From assembly GCA_965223905.1 (NCBI GenBank), contig CBDCXV010000001.1, positions 992,001-1,056,000 of the forward strand: a stretch of DNA of 64,000 nucleotides, read 5' to 3'. This document shows positions 41,126 to 51,193 of the stretch, piece by piece; position 1 is the first letter of the stretch; each line of letters begins with the position of its first letter. The stretch comes from Candidatus Latescibacterota bacterium. GTDB lineage: Bacteria; Latescibacterota; UBA2968; UBA8231. The position numbers and the translations under genes were made by a program. The notes under the pieces are model-generated. The model ran no database searches. It was not told where the DNA came from and worked only from the letters and a program-made list of their open reading frames with translations.

Positions 41126-42385
41126 ATGCAGGAGAATCTTCCCCAGCACTCCCGTCCCTCGGCGCTGGCCGTAACCGACCTGCGGGTCGCGCGTCTGCTC
41201 GGCGCCCCGTTCCACAGCTGCCTGATCCGCATCGACACGAACCAGGGGCTCAGCGGTTACGGTGAGGTGCGCGACGGCGCCAGCGCGACCTACGCCCTGA
41301 TGCTCAAATCCCGCCTGCTGGGTGAGAATCCGTGCGACGTCGACCGGCTGTTCCGCCGCATCAGGCAGTTCGGCCATCACGGCAGGCAGGGAGGGGGGGT
41401 CAGCGCCGTGGAGATGGCGCTGATGGACCTCGCCGGCAGGGGGTACGGAGTGCCGGCGTACGCCCTGGCCGGGGGCAGGTTCCGCGACCGCGTGCTCTGC
41501 TACTGCGACACCCCGACCACTGCCAGCGGCCGCGAGATGGGGAAGCGGCTGAAGCGGCGCATGGAGATGGGGTTCCGCTTCCTGAAGATGGATGTCGGGA
41601 TCGGCATGCTCCGCGGCCGGCCGGACTGCGTCATCGCACCCCCGGGAATGCTCGACAACGCAACCGTAATGCACCCCTTCACCGGAATTCAGCTGAGCGA
41701 CAAGGGGATCGGCCTGCTCTGCGAGTACGTCGCCGAGGTGCGCGAGGAGATCGGCTACGAGGTTCCTCTCGCCGCCGACCACTTCGGCCACCTCGGGCTG
41801 GAGTCATGCATCCGGCTGGGGAAGGCCCTCGACCCGTTCTCCCTGGCCTGGTACGAGGACATGATCCCCTGGCAGTTCACCGATCAGTACGTGCGCCTGT
41901 CCGAGGCGGTCGAGACGCCGGTCTGCACCGGCGAGGACATCTACCTGAAGGAGGGGTTCGCCGACCTGTTCCGCGAGCGGGCCATCGCCGTTGCCCATCC
42001 CGACCCGGCCACCTCCGGGGGCATCCTGGAGACCAAGAAGATCGGCGACGCCGCCCAGGACCGCGGCATCGCCATGGCCCTGCACATGGCGATGTCTCCG
42101 GTCGCCGCCCTGGCCGCCGTCCACTGCGCCGCGGCCACGGAGAACTTCCTCGCCCTGGAGAATCACTCGGTCGACGACCTCGAGCGCTGGAGCAGCCTCG
42201 TCGAGGGGCTGCCGAATCCCCTGATCGAGGACGGGCACATCGCCGTGCCGGAAGCGCCGGGCCTGGGGTTCGCGGACCTGAACCGGGAGGTGCTGCGGGA
42301 GTTCGCCGACCCCGGGGCCCCCGGGATCTTCGAACCCACGGACGAGTGGGACAACGAACGAACGAACGACCGCCTGTGGAGCTGA
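41126..42385 (+). CDS. Mandelate racemase/muconate lactonizing enzyme family (enolase superfamily)
   Basis: RIDTNQGLSGYGE, SAVEMALMDLAG, FLKMDVG (KxD), metal ligands ADHFGH, WYEDM, TGEDIY, HPDPATSGG. Confidence 0.9.
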   Translation: MQENLPQHSRPSALAVTDLRVARLLGAPFHSCLIRIDTNQGLSGYGEVRDGASATYALMLKSRLLGENPCDVDRLFRRIRQFGHHGRQGGGVSAVEMALMDLAGRGYGVPAYALAGGRFRDRVLCYCDTPTTASGREMGKRLKRRMEMGFRFLKMDVGIGMLRGRPDCVIAPPGMLDNATVMHPFTGIQLSDKGIGLLCEYVAEVREEIGYEVPLAADHFGHLGLESCIRLGKALDPFSLAWYEDMIPWQFTDQYVRLSEAVETPVCTGEDIYLKEGFADLFRERAIAVAHPDPATSGGILETKKIGDAAQDRGIAMALHMAMSPVAALAAVHCAAATENFLALENHSVDDLERWSSLVEGLPNPLIEDGHIAVPEAPGLGFADLNREVLREFADPGAPGIFEPTDEWDNERTNDRLWS

Positions 42386-43482
42386 TGGGCCGCTCCTACG
42401 AAATCGCCGTTCTCCCAGGGGACGGCGTCGGCCCCGAGGTGGTCGGCGCCACGCTGGTACTGCTCGAGGGGCTCGGCCTCGGTCTCGAGCTGCGCGAGTA
42501 CTCATGCGGGGCGGGCTGCTACCTCGAACGCGGGACCCCGCTTCCCGACGAGACCCTGGAGGCCTGCCGCAGCGCCGACGCCACCCTGCTCGGAGCCATG
42601 GGCGACCCGCAGGTGCGCTGGCCGGACGGGACCGAGCTGCGGCCTCAGGTCGACCTGCGCTTCAAGCTCGACCTTTACGCCGGGGTGCGGCCGATCTACC
42701 TGTACGCCGGGCACCACACGCCGCTGCGCGGCATCGCTGCCGGGGAGATCGATTTCGTCCTCCTGCGCGAGAACGTCGAGGGGTTGTTCGCCTCGATGGA
42801 CGCCGGGATCGACCTGCGCGGCGAAACCGCCATCGACAGCATGGTGATCACCCGCACCGGCACCGAACGGGTGGTGCGCTTCGCCTTCGAGCTGGCCCGG
42901 GAACGCCTGCGCGAGCGAGGTGACGGCGGTACGCTTCCATCGCGGGAGGCCTGCGTGACCTGCGTCGACAAGGCCAACATCCTGAGATCGATGGCCTTCT
43001 TCCGCCGCGTCTTCGACGAGGTGGCAGCCGGCTACCCCGATATCGGCAGCGGCCACGCCTACGTCGACGCCATGGCGCTGTACCTGGTGCAGCGGCCCCG
43101 GGATTTCGACCTGCTGGTGATGGAGAACATGTATGGAGACATTCTCTCCGATCTGGCCGCAGGGCTCGTCGGAGGCATGGGCATGGCCCCGTCGGGGGAC
43201 ATCGGCGAGGAGGCCGCGGTTTTCCAGCCCTCCCACGGGACCGCGCCCGACATAGCCGGACAGGAGGTGGCCAACCCGGTGGCTACGATCCTGTCGGCCG
43301 CCATGATGCTGCGCTGGCTCGGGCACCGGCACGAGGACGAGCAGGCGCTTGCCGCTGCGGAGCGCGTCGGCCGCGCCGTGGAGGAGGTGCTGGCCGACCC
43401 GAAGGCGGGAACACCCGACCTCGGGGGCGGGATGACGACAGGCGAGTTGGCACGCGAGATCGCCGCCGCGACAGCTCGCTGA
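42385..43482 (+). CDS. Isocitrate/isopropylmalate/tartrate dehydrogenase family protein
   Basis: [70 protein letters not shown]; ATG overlaps the upstream TGA. Confidence 0.92.
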   Translation: MGRSYEIAVLPGDGVGPEVVGATLVLLEGLGLGLELREYSCGAGCYLERGTPLPDETLEACRSADATLLGAMGDPQVRWPDGTELRPQVDLRFKLDLYAGVRPIYLYAGHHTPLRGIAAGEIDFVLLRENVEGLFASMDAGIDLRGETAIDSMVITRTGTERVVRFAFELARERLRERGDGGTLPSREACVTCVDKANILRSMAFFRRVFDEVAAGYPDIGSGHAYVDAMALYLVQRPRDFDLLVMENMYGDILSDLAAGLVGGMGMAPSGDIGEEAAVFQPSHGTAPDIAGQEVANPVATILSAAMMLRWLGHRHEDEQALAAAERVGRAVEEVLADPKAGTPDLGGGMTTGELAREIAAATAR

Positions 43483-43495
43483 CAACAGACCAGGA

Positions 43496-44362
43496 ATGGG
43501 CGAACGCATGGTTGCGGAGATACGGGACAGCGACGTCGAGTTCTACCGCGAGAACGGGTACCTGGTCGTTCCCGGTCTCGCCGCCGGCGAGGTCGAGGCG
43601 CTCAGGGCGGACGCCCTCCGCCTCTGCCGGGGGGAGTACGTGCACGAGAACCTGCCGCCGGTCGGCAACGGTGCCAGCGATGACGAGGCCCTGGGGCGCT
43701 ACCTGTGCATCCACCATCCTCACAAGATCAGCCCGGTTGCGCTCGAGACCGGCGTCATGCACCCCGGCATGGCGAAGGTGCTGGCGCGTCTGGTCGGACC
43801 GGACGTCAAGTGCATGCAGTCGATGCTGTTCATCAAGCCCCCGGGATTCCAGGGGCAGGCCTGGCACCAGGACGAGATCTTCATCCCGACGCGCGACCAC
43901 AGCCTGACCGGGGGCTGGATCGCCCTCGACGACGCCACCCTCGACAACGGCTGCATCTGGGTGCTGCCCGGCTCTCACAAGGGCGTGCTCTACGAGCAGC
44001 GGGCCCACGACGACGACGAGGAGTTCGACCGCACCGGTGAATCGCACGGCTTCGACGAAAGCGGCGAGACTCCTGTCGAGGCGAAGGCCGGGGACGTCGT
44101 CTTCTTCGACGGCTACCTCCTGCACCGGTCGCGGCGCAACCGCAGCAGCTTCTACCGCCGGGTGCTCGTCAACCACTACATGAGCGCTCATTCCCTGCTT
44201 CCCTGGCAGCCGCGCGAGGGGGAACGCCCGGCGAACGCCGACTACCGCGACATCGTTATGGTGCACGGCCGCGACCCCTACGCCTGGAAGGGGACGGAGG
44301 ACCGCAGCCGGGTCAGCATCCGCATCTGCAAGGCAGCCGAAGAGCTGCACGACCGCAGCTAG
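43496..44362 (+). CDS. Phytanoyl-CoA dioxygenase family (Fe/2-oxoglutarate) protein
   Basis: [14 protein letters not shown] (HxD), [25 protein letters not shown]...RR. Confidence 0.9.
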   Translation: MGERMVAEIRDSDVEFYRENGYLVVPGLAAGEVEALRADALRLCRGEYVHENLPPVGNGASDDEALGRYLCIHHPHKISPVALETGVMHPGMAKVLARLVGPDVKCMQSMLFIKPPGFQGQAWHQDEIFIPTRDHSLTGGWIALDDATLDNGCIWVLPGSHKGVLYEQRAHDDDEEFDRTGESHGFDESGETPVEAKAGDVVFFDGYLLHRSRRNRSSFYRRVLVNHYMSAHSLLPWQPREGERPANADYRDIVMVHGRDPYAWKGTEDRSRVSIRICKAAEELHDRS

Positions 44363-44371
44363 CGGCAAGCG

Positions 44372-45550
44372 ATGGATCGGCGCAGGTTTCTGGCCAGGGC
44401 CGGCGCGGCGCTGGCAACCCTGCCGCTGGCGGCGGCGGCCTCGAGACCGGTCGGCAAGCTGCTGCAGGCCCCGGGCCGGGCCCGCCTGCGCGACCTCGGA
44501 ATCGCCATCGGCTCACTGTCTCCGGGAACCCACAACGCCATAACCGACGTCGCCGGCATCGCCGTCGGCCACACGACGCTGATCTTCGGGGAGGGCCCCC
44601 TGGTGGTCGGCCGCGGTCCGGTGCGCACCGGGGTCACCGCAGTGCTTGCCCGGGGGGACCTGGCGCGCACCCCCGTGCCCGCGGCCGATCTGACCCTCAA
44701 CGGCAACGGCGAGCTGACCGGCGTCGGAGCAGTGCGCCGCAGCGGCCGCCTGGGGGCGCCGATTCTGTTCACCGACACCGGCAGCATCGGTCCGGTGTAC
44801 GAAGGCTGTCTCGACTACATGCTGCAGCGCGACCCCGGGCTGTTCGGTTATCCGGGGCGGCCGGAGCCTGTGGTCGGGGAGACCTGGGCGGACTTCCTGC
44901 ACGACACTGCCGGCCGGCACGTTCTACCCGGGCACGCAATCGCCGCCATACAGTCGGCCCGCCCCGGCCCGGTGGCGGAAGGGTGCGTCGGCGGCGGCAC
45001 CGGCATGAGGGCGTACTCGTTCAAGGCCGGGATCGGCACGGCATCGCGGCTGGTGCCTGTCGCCGGGTCCGGCTACACAGTCGGGGTGCTGCTGCAGGCG
45101 AACCACGGCCGTCGCCGGCAGCTGCGGGTCGACGGGGTTCCGGTCGGCCGCGAGATCCCCGACCTGCTGCCGGAGCGCGGCCGCGGCCGCCCCGCGGCCC
45201 CCGGGAATTCGCTGCTGATCGCCGTCGCCACCGACGCCCCGCTCCTGCCCCTGCAGCTGCGGAGGCTGTGCAAGCGGGCGGCCCTCGGCATGGCGCGAAC
45301 CGGCGGAATCTCCACCCACGGAAGCGGCGATCTCATCATCGCCTTTTCGACCGCGGCGGAGAGCGGCCGGGTGCTGCATTTCTCCCACCTGTCGGCGCTT
45401 TACCAGGGGGTCGTCGAGGCGACGGAGGAAGCGATCTACAACTCGCTGACCGCGGCGACGACCACCGCGGGCCGCGACGGCAACACTATCCACGCCCTGC
45501 CGCTCGACCGGCTCGCCGCGGTCATGCGCGAGCACGGCCGCCTGAAATGA
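44372..45550 (+). CDS. Peptidase family P1 (DmpA/BapA) with Tat signal peptide
   Basis: MDRRRFL twin-arginine leader; NAITDVAGIAVGH, NGNGELTG, PVVGETW, EGCVGGGTGM, KAGIGTASR, GNSLLIAVATDAPL, HGSGDL. Confidence 0.9.
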   Translation: MDRRRFLARAGAALATLPLAAAASRPVGKLLQAPGRARLRDLGIAIGSLSPGTHNAITDVAGIAVGHTTLIFGEGPLVVGRGPVRTGVTAVLARGDLARTPVPAADLTLNGNGELTGVGAVRRSGRLGAPILFTDTGSIGPVYEGCLDYMLQRDPGLFGYPGRPEPVVGETWADFLHDTAGRHVLPGHAIAAIQSARPGPVAEGCVGGGTGMRAYSFKAGIGTASRLVPVAGSGYTVGVLLQANHGRRRQLRVDGVPVGREIPDLLPERGRGRPAAPGNSLLIAVATDAPLLPLQLRRLCKRAALGMARTGGISTHGSGDLIIAFSTAAESGRVLHFSHLSALYQGVVEATEEAIYNSLTAATTTAGRDGNTIHALPLDRLAAVMREHGRLK

Positions 45551-46686
45551 GACTGCGCGATCTCGGGCTGACCATCGGTGCAGCGCCGCCCGGCCCCCGC
45601 AACAGCATCGCCGACGTCTCGGGGGTGCGGGTCGGCCACGCGACGATAGCGACCCCCGCAGTGGGGACCGGGGTGACCGTCGTGGTCGCCGGCAGCGCCG
45701 CGGGACGGCTCTTCGTCGGCCGTTACAGCGTCGACGGCGGGGATCGTCTTACCGGGCTCGGGGTCACCGAGGACTTCGGCGCCATTTCGGCCCCGGTCGC
45801 CCTCGTTCCGGCGGCTGCGGTAGGCAGGATCTACGACGCCCTGATCCAGCGCGGTCTCGGCGTCGACCCCGGCCTGTCGGAAGACACCGGTTGGCCGCCG
45901 GTGGTGATCGGGGTGAACGACAGCGGGCTGAACCTGCCGGCCGACACCCGCGCCGCGGTGCGCGAGGAGCACCTGGCCGAGGCGCTGAACGCGCTTCGAG
46001 GGTCTCAGGGGAAGGGCGAGAATGTTCCCAACCCATCGGGTTCCCCCTCTGCCGGCGCTGCCTCGCAGGTGCGCGAGGGTTCCGTCGGAATCGGTGCCGG
46101 GCTGGCGGCGTTCGGGTTTCGCGGCGGTCTGGGAACCTCTTCCCGTCTCCAGGGGGCTCATGTGGTCGGCGCCCTCGTCGCTGTCAACGGCGGCACCCGG
46201 TCCCGATTGGCAGTAGACGGCTGGCCTGTGATTCTTCCCGAGGCCGCGGCGGAATCGACCCCCCTGAGCAGCGGTAGTTTCGCCGCCGTGCTGGCGACCG
46301 ACGCGCCGCTGTCACCGCGCCAGCTCGACCATCTGGCCGGGCGCGCCGCCTTCGGCCTGGTGCGGGTGGGGCTCCTGGAGGAACGGACCCCCGAAGGCCT
46401 GGTGCTGGCGCTGTCGACGACGGGGCTCGTCGATGGCGAGCCCCGCTCTGACGACGGCACTGTCGGGATGCGCTCCCTTGCAGACACCGAGCTGCCTCCC
46501 CTTTTCGCCGCGGCCGCCGAGGCCTGCGAGGAGGCGGTCCTCAACGGGCTGCTGCAGGCCGACCCCCTGGCGCCGGCACATGACCCCGGAATGACGCCGT
46601 TGCGTCAGCAGGGGCTGGAGGCGCTGCCTTCGGAGGGCTGGCCGGACGAGATTCGCCGGCAACAGCAACGGCATGGCCGAATCTGA
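45547..46686 (+). CDS. Divergent peptidase family P1 (DmpA-like) paralogue without signal peptide
   Basis: MRLRDLGL..G..NSIADVSGVRVGH, EGSVGIGAG, RGGLGTSSR, GSFAAVLATDAPL, EEAVLNGL; ATGA overlap with the first copy. Confidence 0.82.
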   Translation: MRLRDLGLTIGAAPPGPRNSIADVSGVRVGHATIATPAVGTGVTVVVAGSAAGRLFVGRYSVDGGDRLTGLGVTEDFGAISAPVALVPAAAVGRIYDALIQRGLGVDPGLSEDTGWPPVVIGVNDSGLNLPADTRAAVREEHLAEALNALRGSQGKGENVPNPSGSPSAGAASQVREGSVGIGAGLAAFGFRGGLGTSSRLQGAHVVGALVAVNGGTRSRLAVDGWPVILPEAAAESTPLSSGSFAAVLATDAPLSPRQLDHLAGRAAFGLVRVGLLEERTPEGLVLALSTTGLVDGEPRSDDGTVGMRSLADTELPPLFAAAAEACEEAVLNGLLQADPLAPAHDPGMTPLRQQGLEALPSEGWPDEIRRQQQRHGRI

Positions 46687-47824
46687 ACTGCTGGCCGACG
46701 CCGCGCGGATTCGGCGGCTGCGGGCGCGGCTGCTCGCGTGGTACGGCCTCCACAAGCGCCAGCTGCCCTGGCGCGACGCCGCCGACCCCTACCAGGTCTG
46801 GGTCTCGGAAATCATGCTGCAGCAGACCCGCGTCGAACAGATGCGGGGCTACTTCGAGCGCTTCGTCGCGACCTTTCCTACGGTCGAGTCCCTGGCCGAG
46901 GCTCCCGAGGAGGCGGTGCTCAAAGCCTGGGAGGGCCTCGGCTACTACGCCCGCGCCCGCAACCTGCAGGCCGCGGCGAAAAAGGTGGTGGCCGAATTCG
47001 ACGGACAGCTGCCGCAGAACCTCGAGCAGCTGCTCGAGTTGCCGGGGATCGGCCCCTACACCGCGGCCGCGGTCAGCAGCATCGCCTTCGACTGCGACCA
47101 CCCGGTGCTCGACGGCAACGTCACCCGCGTCCTCTGCCGGCTGCTGCTCGTCGAGGAGGATCCCCGCAGGGCGGCAGTCAGGACGCGGCTGATCGCCGCG
47201 GGGGAACGCCTGCTGGCGCGCGGCAGGGCCGGCGATTTCAACCAGGCGCTGATGGAGCTCGGGGCCCGCGTCTGTACGCCGTCGCGGCCCCGTTGCGGCG
47301 ACTGTCCGCTGGCGGAGTTCTGCGCCGCCCGCAGCGAGCTCGACGACCCGGCCTGTCTGCCGGTGAAGGCCGGCAGGAAGAAGCGGCCTCACTACGAAGT
47401 GGCTGCCGGCCTGATATGGAAGGGGGGGCGCCTGCTGATCGCGCGGCGGCCGGCGGGCGGCATGCTCGGCGGCCTGTGGGAATTCCCCGGCGGCAAGAGG
47501 GAGGGAGGCGAATCCTGCGCCGACTGTCTGCGGCGCGAGATAAGGGAGGAGCTCGACTTCGACATCGAGGTGGGGGATCACCTGGTCAGCGTCGACCACG
47601 GGTACAGCCATTTCACCATCACCCTGCACGCCTTCGAAGCCCGCTACGCCGGTGGTCGGCCGCGCGCCGTCGGCTGCGACGAGTGGAGGTGGGTCAGTCC
47701 CGGGCAACTGGGCGACTACGCGATGCCGCGGGCGGACCGCCGCGTGCTCGAACGGTTGGCAGGCAGCCCGGAGCAGGGATGCCTGTATTCATCACTCACC
47801 GAGGAGAGTATTCGTGGCGGCTGA
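46673..47824 (+). CDS. mutY: A/G-specific adenine glycosylase with C-terminal Nudix (MutT-like) domain
   Basis: WVSEIMLQQT, WEGLGYYARARNL, HhH LPGIGPYTA, DGNVTRV, 4Fe-4S motif C-x6-C-x2-C-x5-C; Nudix box GKREGGESCADCLRREIREELD. Confidence 0.95.
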   Translation: MAESELLADAARIRRLRARLLAWYGLHKRQLPWRDAADPYQVWVSEIMLQQTRVEQMRGYFERFVATFPTVESLAEAPEEAVLKAWEGLGYYARARNLQAAAKKVVAEFDGQLPQNLEQLLELPGIGPYTAAAVSSIAFDCDHPVLDGNVTRVLCRLLLVEEDPRRAAVRTRLIAAGERLLARGRAGDFNQALMELGARVCTPSRPRCGDCPLAEFCAARSELDDPACLPVKAGRKKRPHYEVAAGLIWKGGRLLIARRPAGGMLGGLWEFPGGKREGGESCADCLRREIREELDFDIEVGDHLVSVDHGYSHFTITLHAFEARYAGGRPRAVGCDEWRWVSPGQLGDYAMPRADRRVLERLAGSPEQGCLYSSLTEESIRGG

Positions 47825-48728
47825 GCACTCGCAGGGAAAGGGAAGGCATCGTGCGCCGGGCCTCGTGCTGCGGGGGATCTGCATGGGGATCGCCGACGTC
47901 ATTCCAGGTGTTTCGGGAGGGACCGTCGCCCTGATAACGGGGATTTACGACGATCTCGTCGGCTCCCTGGCCGCGGTCGACGCGCGCCTCCTGAGCAGCC
48001 TGTTCCGCGGCCGCTTGCGGGATGCCTGGAGGCTGATCAACGGCAGCTTCCTGATGCCCCTTGGCGCCGGCATCGGCGTGGCCATCTTCAGTCTGGCGCG
48101 CCTCATCACCTACTTGCTCTCCAACCATCCGGTTCCTGTCTGGGGGTTTCTCACCGGGCTGATCGCCGCCAGCGCCGTCGTCGTCGGCCGGCGCGCCGGC
48201 AGGTGGAACTTCGGACTGCTGATCGCCGCCTGCTGCGGGGTGGCGGCAGGATACGGCATCAGTACCGCGATACCGGTGCAGACGGGAGAAGGGCCGGTCG
48301 AGTTTCTGCTGTCCGGTGCGGTTGCGAGCGTGGCAATGATCCTGCCCGGCATCAGTGGCAGCTTCATCCTTCTTCTGCTCGGAAAGTACCGGCAGGTCTT
48401 TCAGGCGGTCGCCGATCTCGACCTCGAGATCCTCGTCGTCTTCGGGGCCGGCTTCGCCTTCGGGATTCTGCTGTTCGCCAAGATCCTCAAACGCCTGCTC
48501 GCCCGCGTGCACGGGCCGACCATGGCGTTCCTCGTGGGACTGATGGCCGGGTCGCTGCGCCGCGTCTGGCCGTTCCGCGAACCCGCGGCCGGTGCGGACG
48601 GAGACCGCTACACCTGCGTGTTTCCGGCGGAGATGGGGGCGGAGACTGTAGCGGTGCTGGGGCTGATGGTTGCCGGCGCCCTTCTCGTGGTGGCACTCGA
48701 AGCGGTCGCGCGGGGTTCGCGGCGGTAA
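47814..48728 (+). CDS. DUF368 family membrane protein (undecaprenyl-phosphate translocase family)
   Basis: GICMGIADVIPGVSGGTVALITGIY and AMILPGISGSFILLLLGKY re-entrant motifs; multiple TM segments. Confidence 0.9.
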   Translation: MAAEHSQGKGRHRAPGLVLRGICMGIADVIPGVSGGTVALITGIYDDLVGSLAAVDARLLSSLFRGRLRDAWRLINGSFLMPLGAGIGVAIFSLARLITYLLSNHPVPVWGFLTGLIAASAVVVGRRAGRWNFGLLIAACCGVAAGYGISTAIPVQTGEGPVEFLLSGAVASVAMILPGISGSFILLLLGKYRQVFQAVADLDLEILVVFGAGFAFGILLFAKILKRLLARVHGPTMAFLVGLMAGSLRRVWPFREPAAGADGDRYTCVFPAEMGAETVAVLGLMVAGALLVVALEAVARGSRR

Positions 48729-48731
48729 CTG

Positions 48732-48986
48732 CTATTTTTGGGAGTCGTCCTGGTCCAGCTCCCGCTCGGCGGCGCGGAAGCGGTTGATCCGGCGCACGAA
48801 GATGAACACCAGGCCGGCGAGAGCGGCGTACAGGACATACTGGTAAATCTCTTCCTGCCACCCCAGAACGACCGGCCACAGAGTGAGGATGCAGAGGAGG
48901 ATGAACAGATCCTCGAGCAGGCGGGCCCTTTTGGAGCGGCGCGCGCTCTCTTCTTCCGAAGGAGGAGGTGAATCCATTTCGGTCAC
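48732..48986 (-). CDS. Small two-TM hypothetical protein
   Basis: 84 aa with two hydrophobic segments; GTGA overlap with the lytic transglycosylase stop. Confidence 0.65.
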   Translation of the reverse strand: MTEMDSPPPSEEESARRSKRARLLEDLFILLCILTLWPVVLGWQEEIYQYVLYAALAGLVFIFVRRINRFRAAERELDQDDSQK

Positions 48987-51193
48987 GCGCTCGAGAGGGC
49001 TTTGTAGATGTTGTAGCTCTTCAGCACCTTCTTCACGTACAGCCGCGTCTCCTTGTACGGGATGCGCTCGACGAAGGCGTCCGGATCGTCAAGCGGAAAG
49101 CGCCGCACCCACTTGTGAGCGGCGCTGGGCCCGGCGTTGTAGGCGGCGAGTCCGAGCTCGAAACCTACTTCCCGAGTCCGACCTGATGCAAAGGTGCGCA
49201 TCTGTTCCCCCAGGTACTGGGAGCCCATTCGAATCGAAACCGCCGGATCGAAAAGCATGCGTTTCTCGAACCGCCCCACTCCCGCGGAGCGAGCGAGCGT
49301 GCGCCCGGTTTTTGGCATGATCTGCATAAGGCCGACGGCTCCCGCGCGCGACACCGCGCCGTCGTCGAAGTAGCTCTCCTGCCTGATGACCGCCAGCACC
49401 AGGAACGGATCCAGCCCGGCTTCCTGGGCAGCCGTTTTCACCTGTTCCCAGTAATAGCTCGGGTAGAGGTAGGGGATCTCCTCTTCTCCGGACCCGGAGA
49501 AGAGTTTCGTGGACACAAGCAGGGCGCGGTCGAGGCTGCCGAGGTCCTCGAAACAGTCACGGATCAGCTTGAGAGCCTCGGTGTCGTCAAGGTTTTCGCG
49601 CTCCGCCTCGGAGAGCTCCTTCTCGGCGAGCGCCACCACTCCGATCCGGTCGAGCAGCTGTGCCCGCTGCAGGGTCTCCAACTCTTCGACTGCCACCCCG
49701 TACGCTTCCTCGACCGCCTTCGCTGCCACCGCGTTCAGGGCGGAGCGCTGATCGCGCTGCTTGCGCTTTGGCAGTTGCTTCTTCTTGTCTCCCCCCTCGT
49801 ATCCCATGCTGACCGCCCGCGCCGAGTAGTATGAGCGGGGGAAGTTGGCTGCGGCCCGCTGGAACATCGCCCCCGCCTCCCTCTTGAGCCCGAGGTTCTC
49901 GGCGCTCTTTCCGGCCCAGAAGAAGCTCTGGTCGATGATGTGCGGTTCCGATGCCTTGGCGCCTGCCTTCTGGAATGAATGGAGCGACTCCCGGTAGCGC
50001 TCGGCGCAGTACAGCATGAAAGCGGCGCTCCATCTCGATTCGTCGCTCTTCGGGCTGTCGGGATAACGATCCGCCAGGCGGGAGAACAGATTGCGCGCGC
50101 GCATGAAGTCGCTGCCGCGCTCGGCCGCCTTGGCCGCCTGCCACAGGGCATCATCGGCGAGGCTGTGCTCGGGGTGTTCGGCGACGAGCCGTACATAGGT
50201 GGCGATGGCGTCCTTGTCGCGGTTGCGGCGAACCTGGATCCCGCCGATGCGGTACAGGGCATCGGGCCGCAGGTGTTTCCTGTACAGCTCCTCGAAGGTT
50301 TTGCTGGCGAGGTCGAGCTCCCCGTTTCGCATGTAGGAACGGCCGAGCAGATATTGGGCTTCGTTGACGCGGTCGTGATCCGGGTGTTTCTCGATGAACT
50401 CGTCGAAGGCCTCGGCGCCGCGGCCGTGCCGGTAGAGAACGAAAGCGCGGGCGAAGGACTCTTCGGAAGTGCTCGGGCGCAGGCCGAGGGCCATGTCCAG
50501 GGCCTTGCGATGGCCGGCGTGCTCCGTCATCAGGCGGAGCCGGGCCTCGCTGGCGCCGCGGTTGTTGCCCGCCTGCTGCTGGATGACCGCCATGTCGTAG
50601 AGCAGCTCGGCTGCCTCGGGTGGAGTCGCCCGCAGCAGTTGTTGATCGTACAGCGTGACCGCCTTGTCGAACTCGCCGGCTTCTGTGAGCATCGCCGCGA
50701 GGTAGAGACGCGCCGAATCCGCCACCACCCCTTCGAAGGTCGACAGCAGATCCTGGTAGCCGAGCCGTGCGCACTGCAGCTCTCCCATCTCCTCCAGGGC
50801 TCGCGCCATCCAGAGTCGGCGGTAGGACTCGAGCTCGGGGATTTCGTCCACGAGCAGTTGCAGGCGGGCATGGGCCTTGCGCGGTTCGCCCAGGCGCCGC
50901 TCGCAAACGGCTCGCTGGTAGGCGAGCAGGGGGAGGTCGCCTTCGGTGAGGGACTCCGCATCGACCTCCTTCAGCAGGCGATATGCTGCGTCGAAGTCGC
51001 CGGCGGCTATGAGATCCCGCACCGTGCCCGAGACATCGGTCATTTTCGGTGGCTCTTCCTGCTCCTGTCGCAGCGCCAAACGGGGGGCGAAAAGCAACAG
51101 CGCCACCGTTGCGGCGAGAGCAAGGCCGGCGAGGGCGATTACGGCCCGGCGTCCGTGCCGTTTCTCCTGGTTGGTCGGTCGTGCTCTGGACAT
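48983..51193 (-). CDS. Soluble lytic transglycosylase (Slt70-like) with TPR repeats
   Basis: N-terminal TM anchor, TPRs, SLT motifs VIRQES, AVGLMQIM, AAYNAG, IPYKETRLYVKKV. Confidence 0.9.
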   Translation of the reverse strand: MSRARPTNQEKRHGRRAVIALAGLALAATVALLLFAPRLALRQEQEEPPKMTDVSGTVRDLIAAGDFDAAYRLLKEVDAESLTEGDLPLLAYQRAVCERRLGEPRKAHARLQLLVDEIPELESYRRLWMARALEEMGELQCARLGYQDLLSTFEGVVADSARLYLAAMLTEAGEFDKAVTLYDQQLLRATPPEAAELLYDMAVIQQQAGNNRGASEARLRLMTEHAGHRKALDMALGLRPSTSEESFARAFVLYRHGRGAEAFDEFIEKHPDHDRVNEAQYLLGRSYMRNGELDLASKTFEELYRKHLRPDALYRIGGIQVRRNRDKDAIATYVRLVAEHPEHSLADDALWQAAKAAERGSDFMRARNLFSRLADRYPDSPKSDESRWSAAFMLYCAERYRESLHSFQKAGAKASEPHIIDQSFFWAGKSAENLGLKREAGAMFQRAAANFPRSYYSARAVSMGYEGGDKKKQLPKRKQRDQRSALNAVAAKAVEEAYGVAVEELETLQRAQLLDRIGVVALAEKELSEAERENLDDTEALKLIRDCFEDLGSLDRALLVSTKLFSGSGEEEIPYLYPSYYWEQVKTAAQEAGLDPFLVLAVIRQESYFDDGAVSRAGAVGLMQIMPKTGRTLARSAGVGRFEKRMLFDPAVSIRMGSQYLGEQMRTFASGRTREVGFELGLAAYNAGPSAAHKWVRRFPLDDPDAFVERIPYKETRLYVKKVLKSYNIYKALSSA

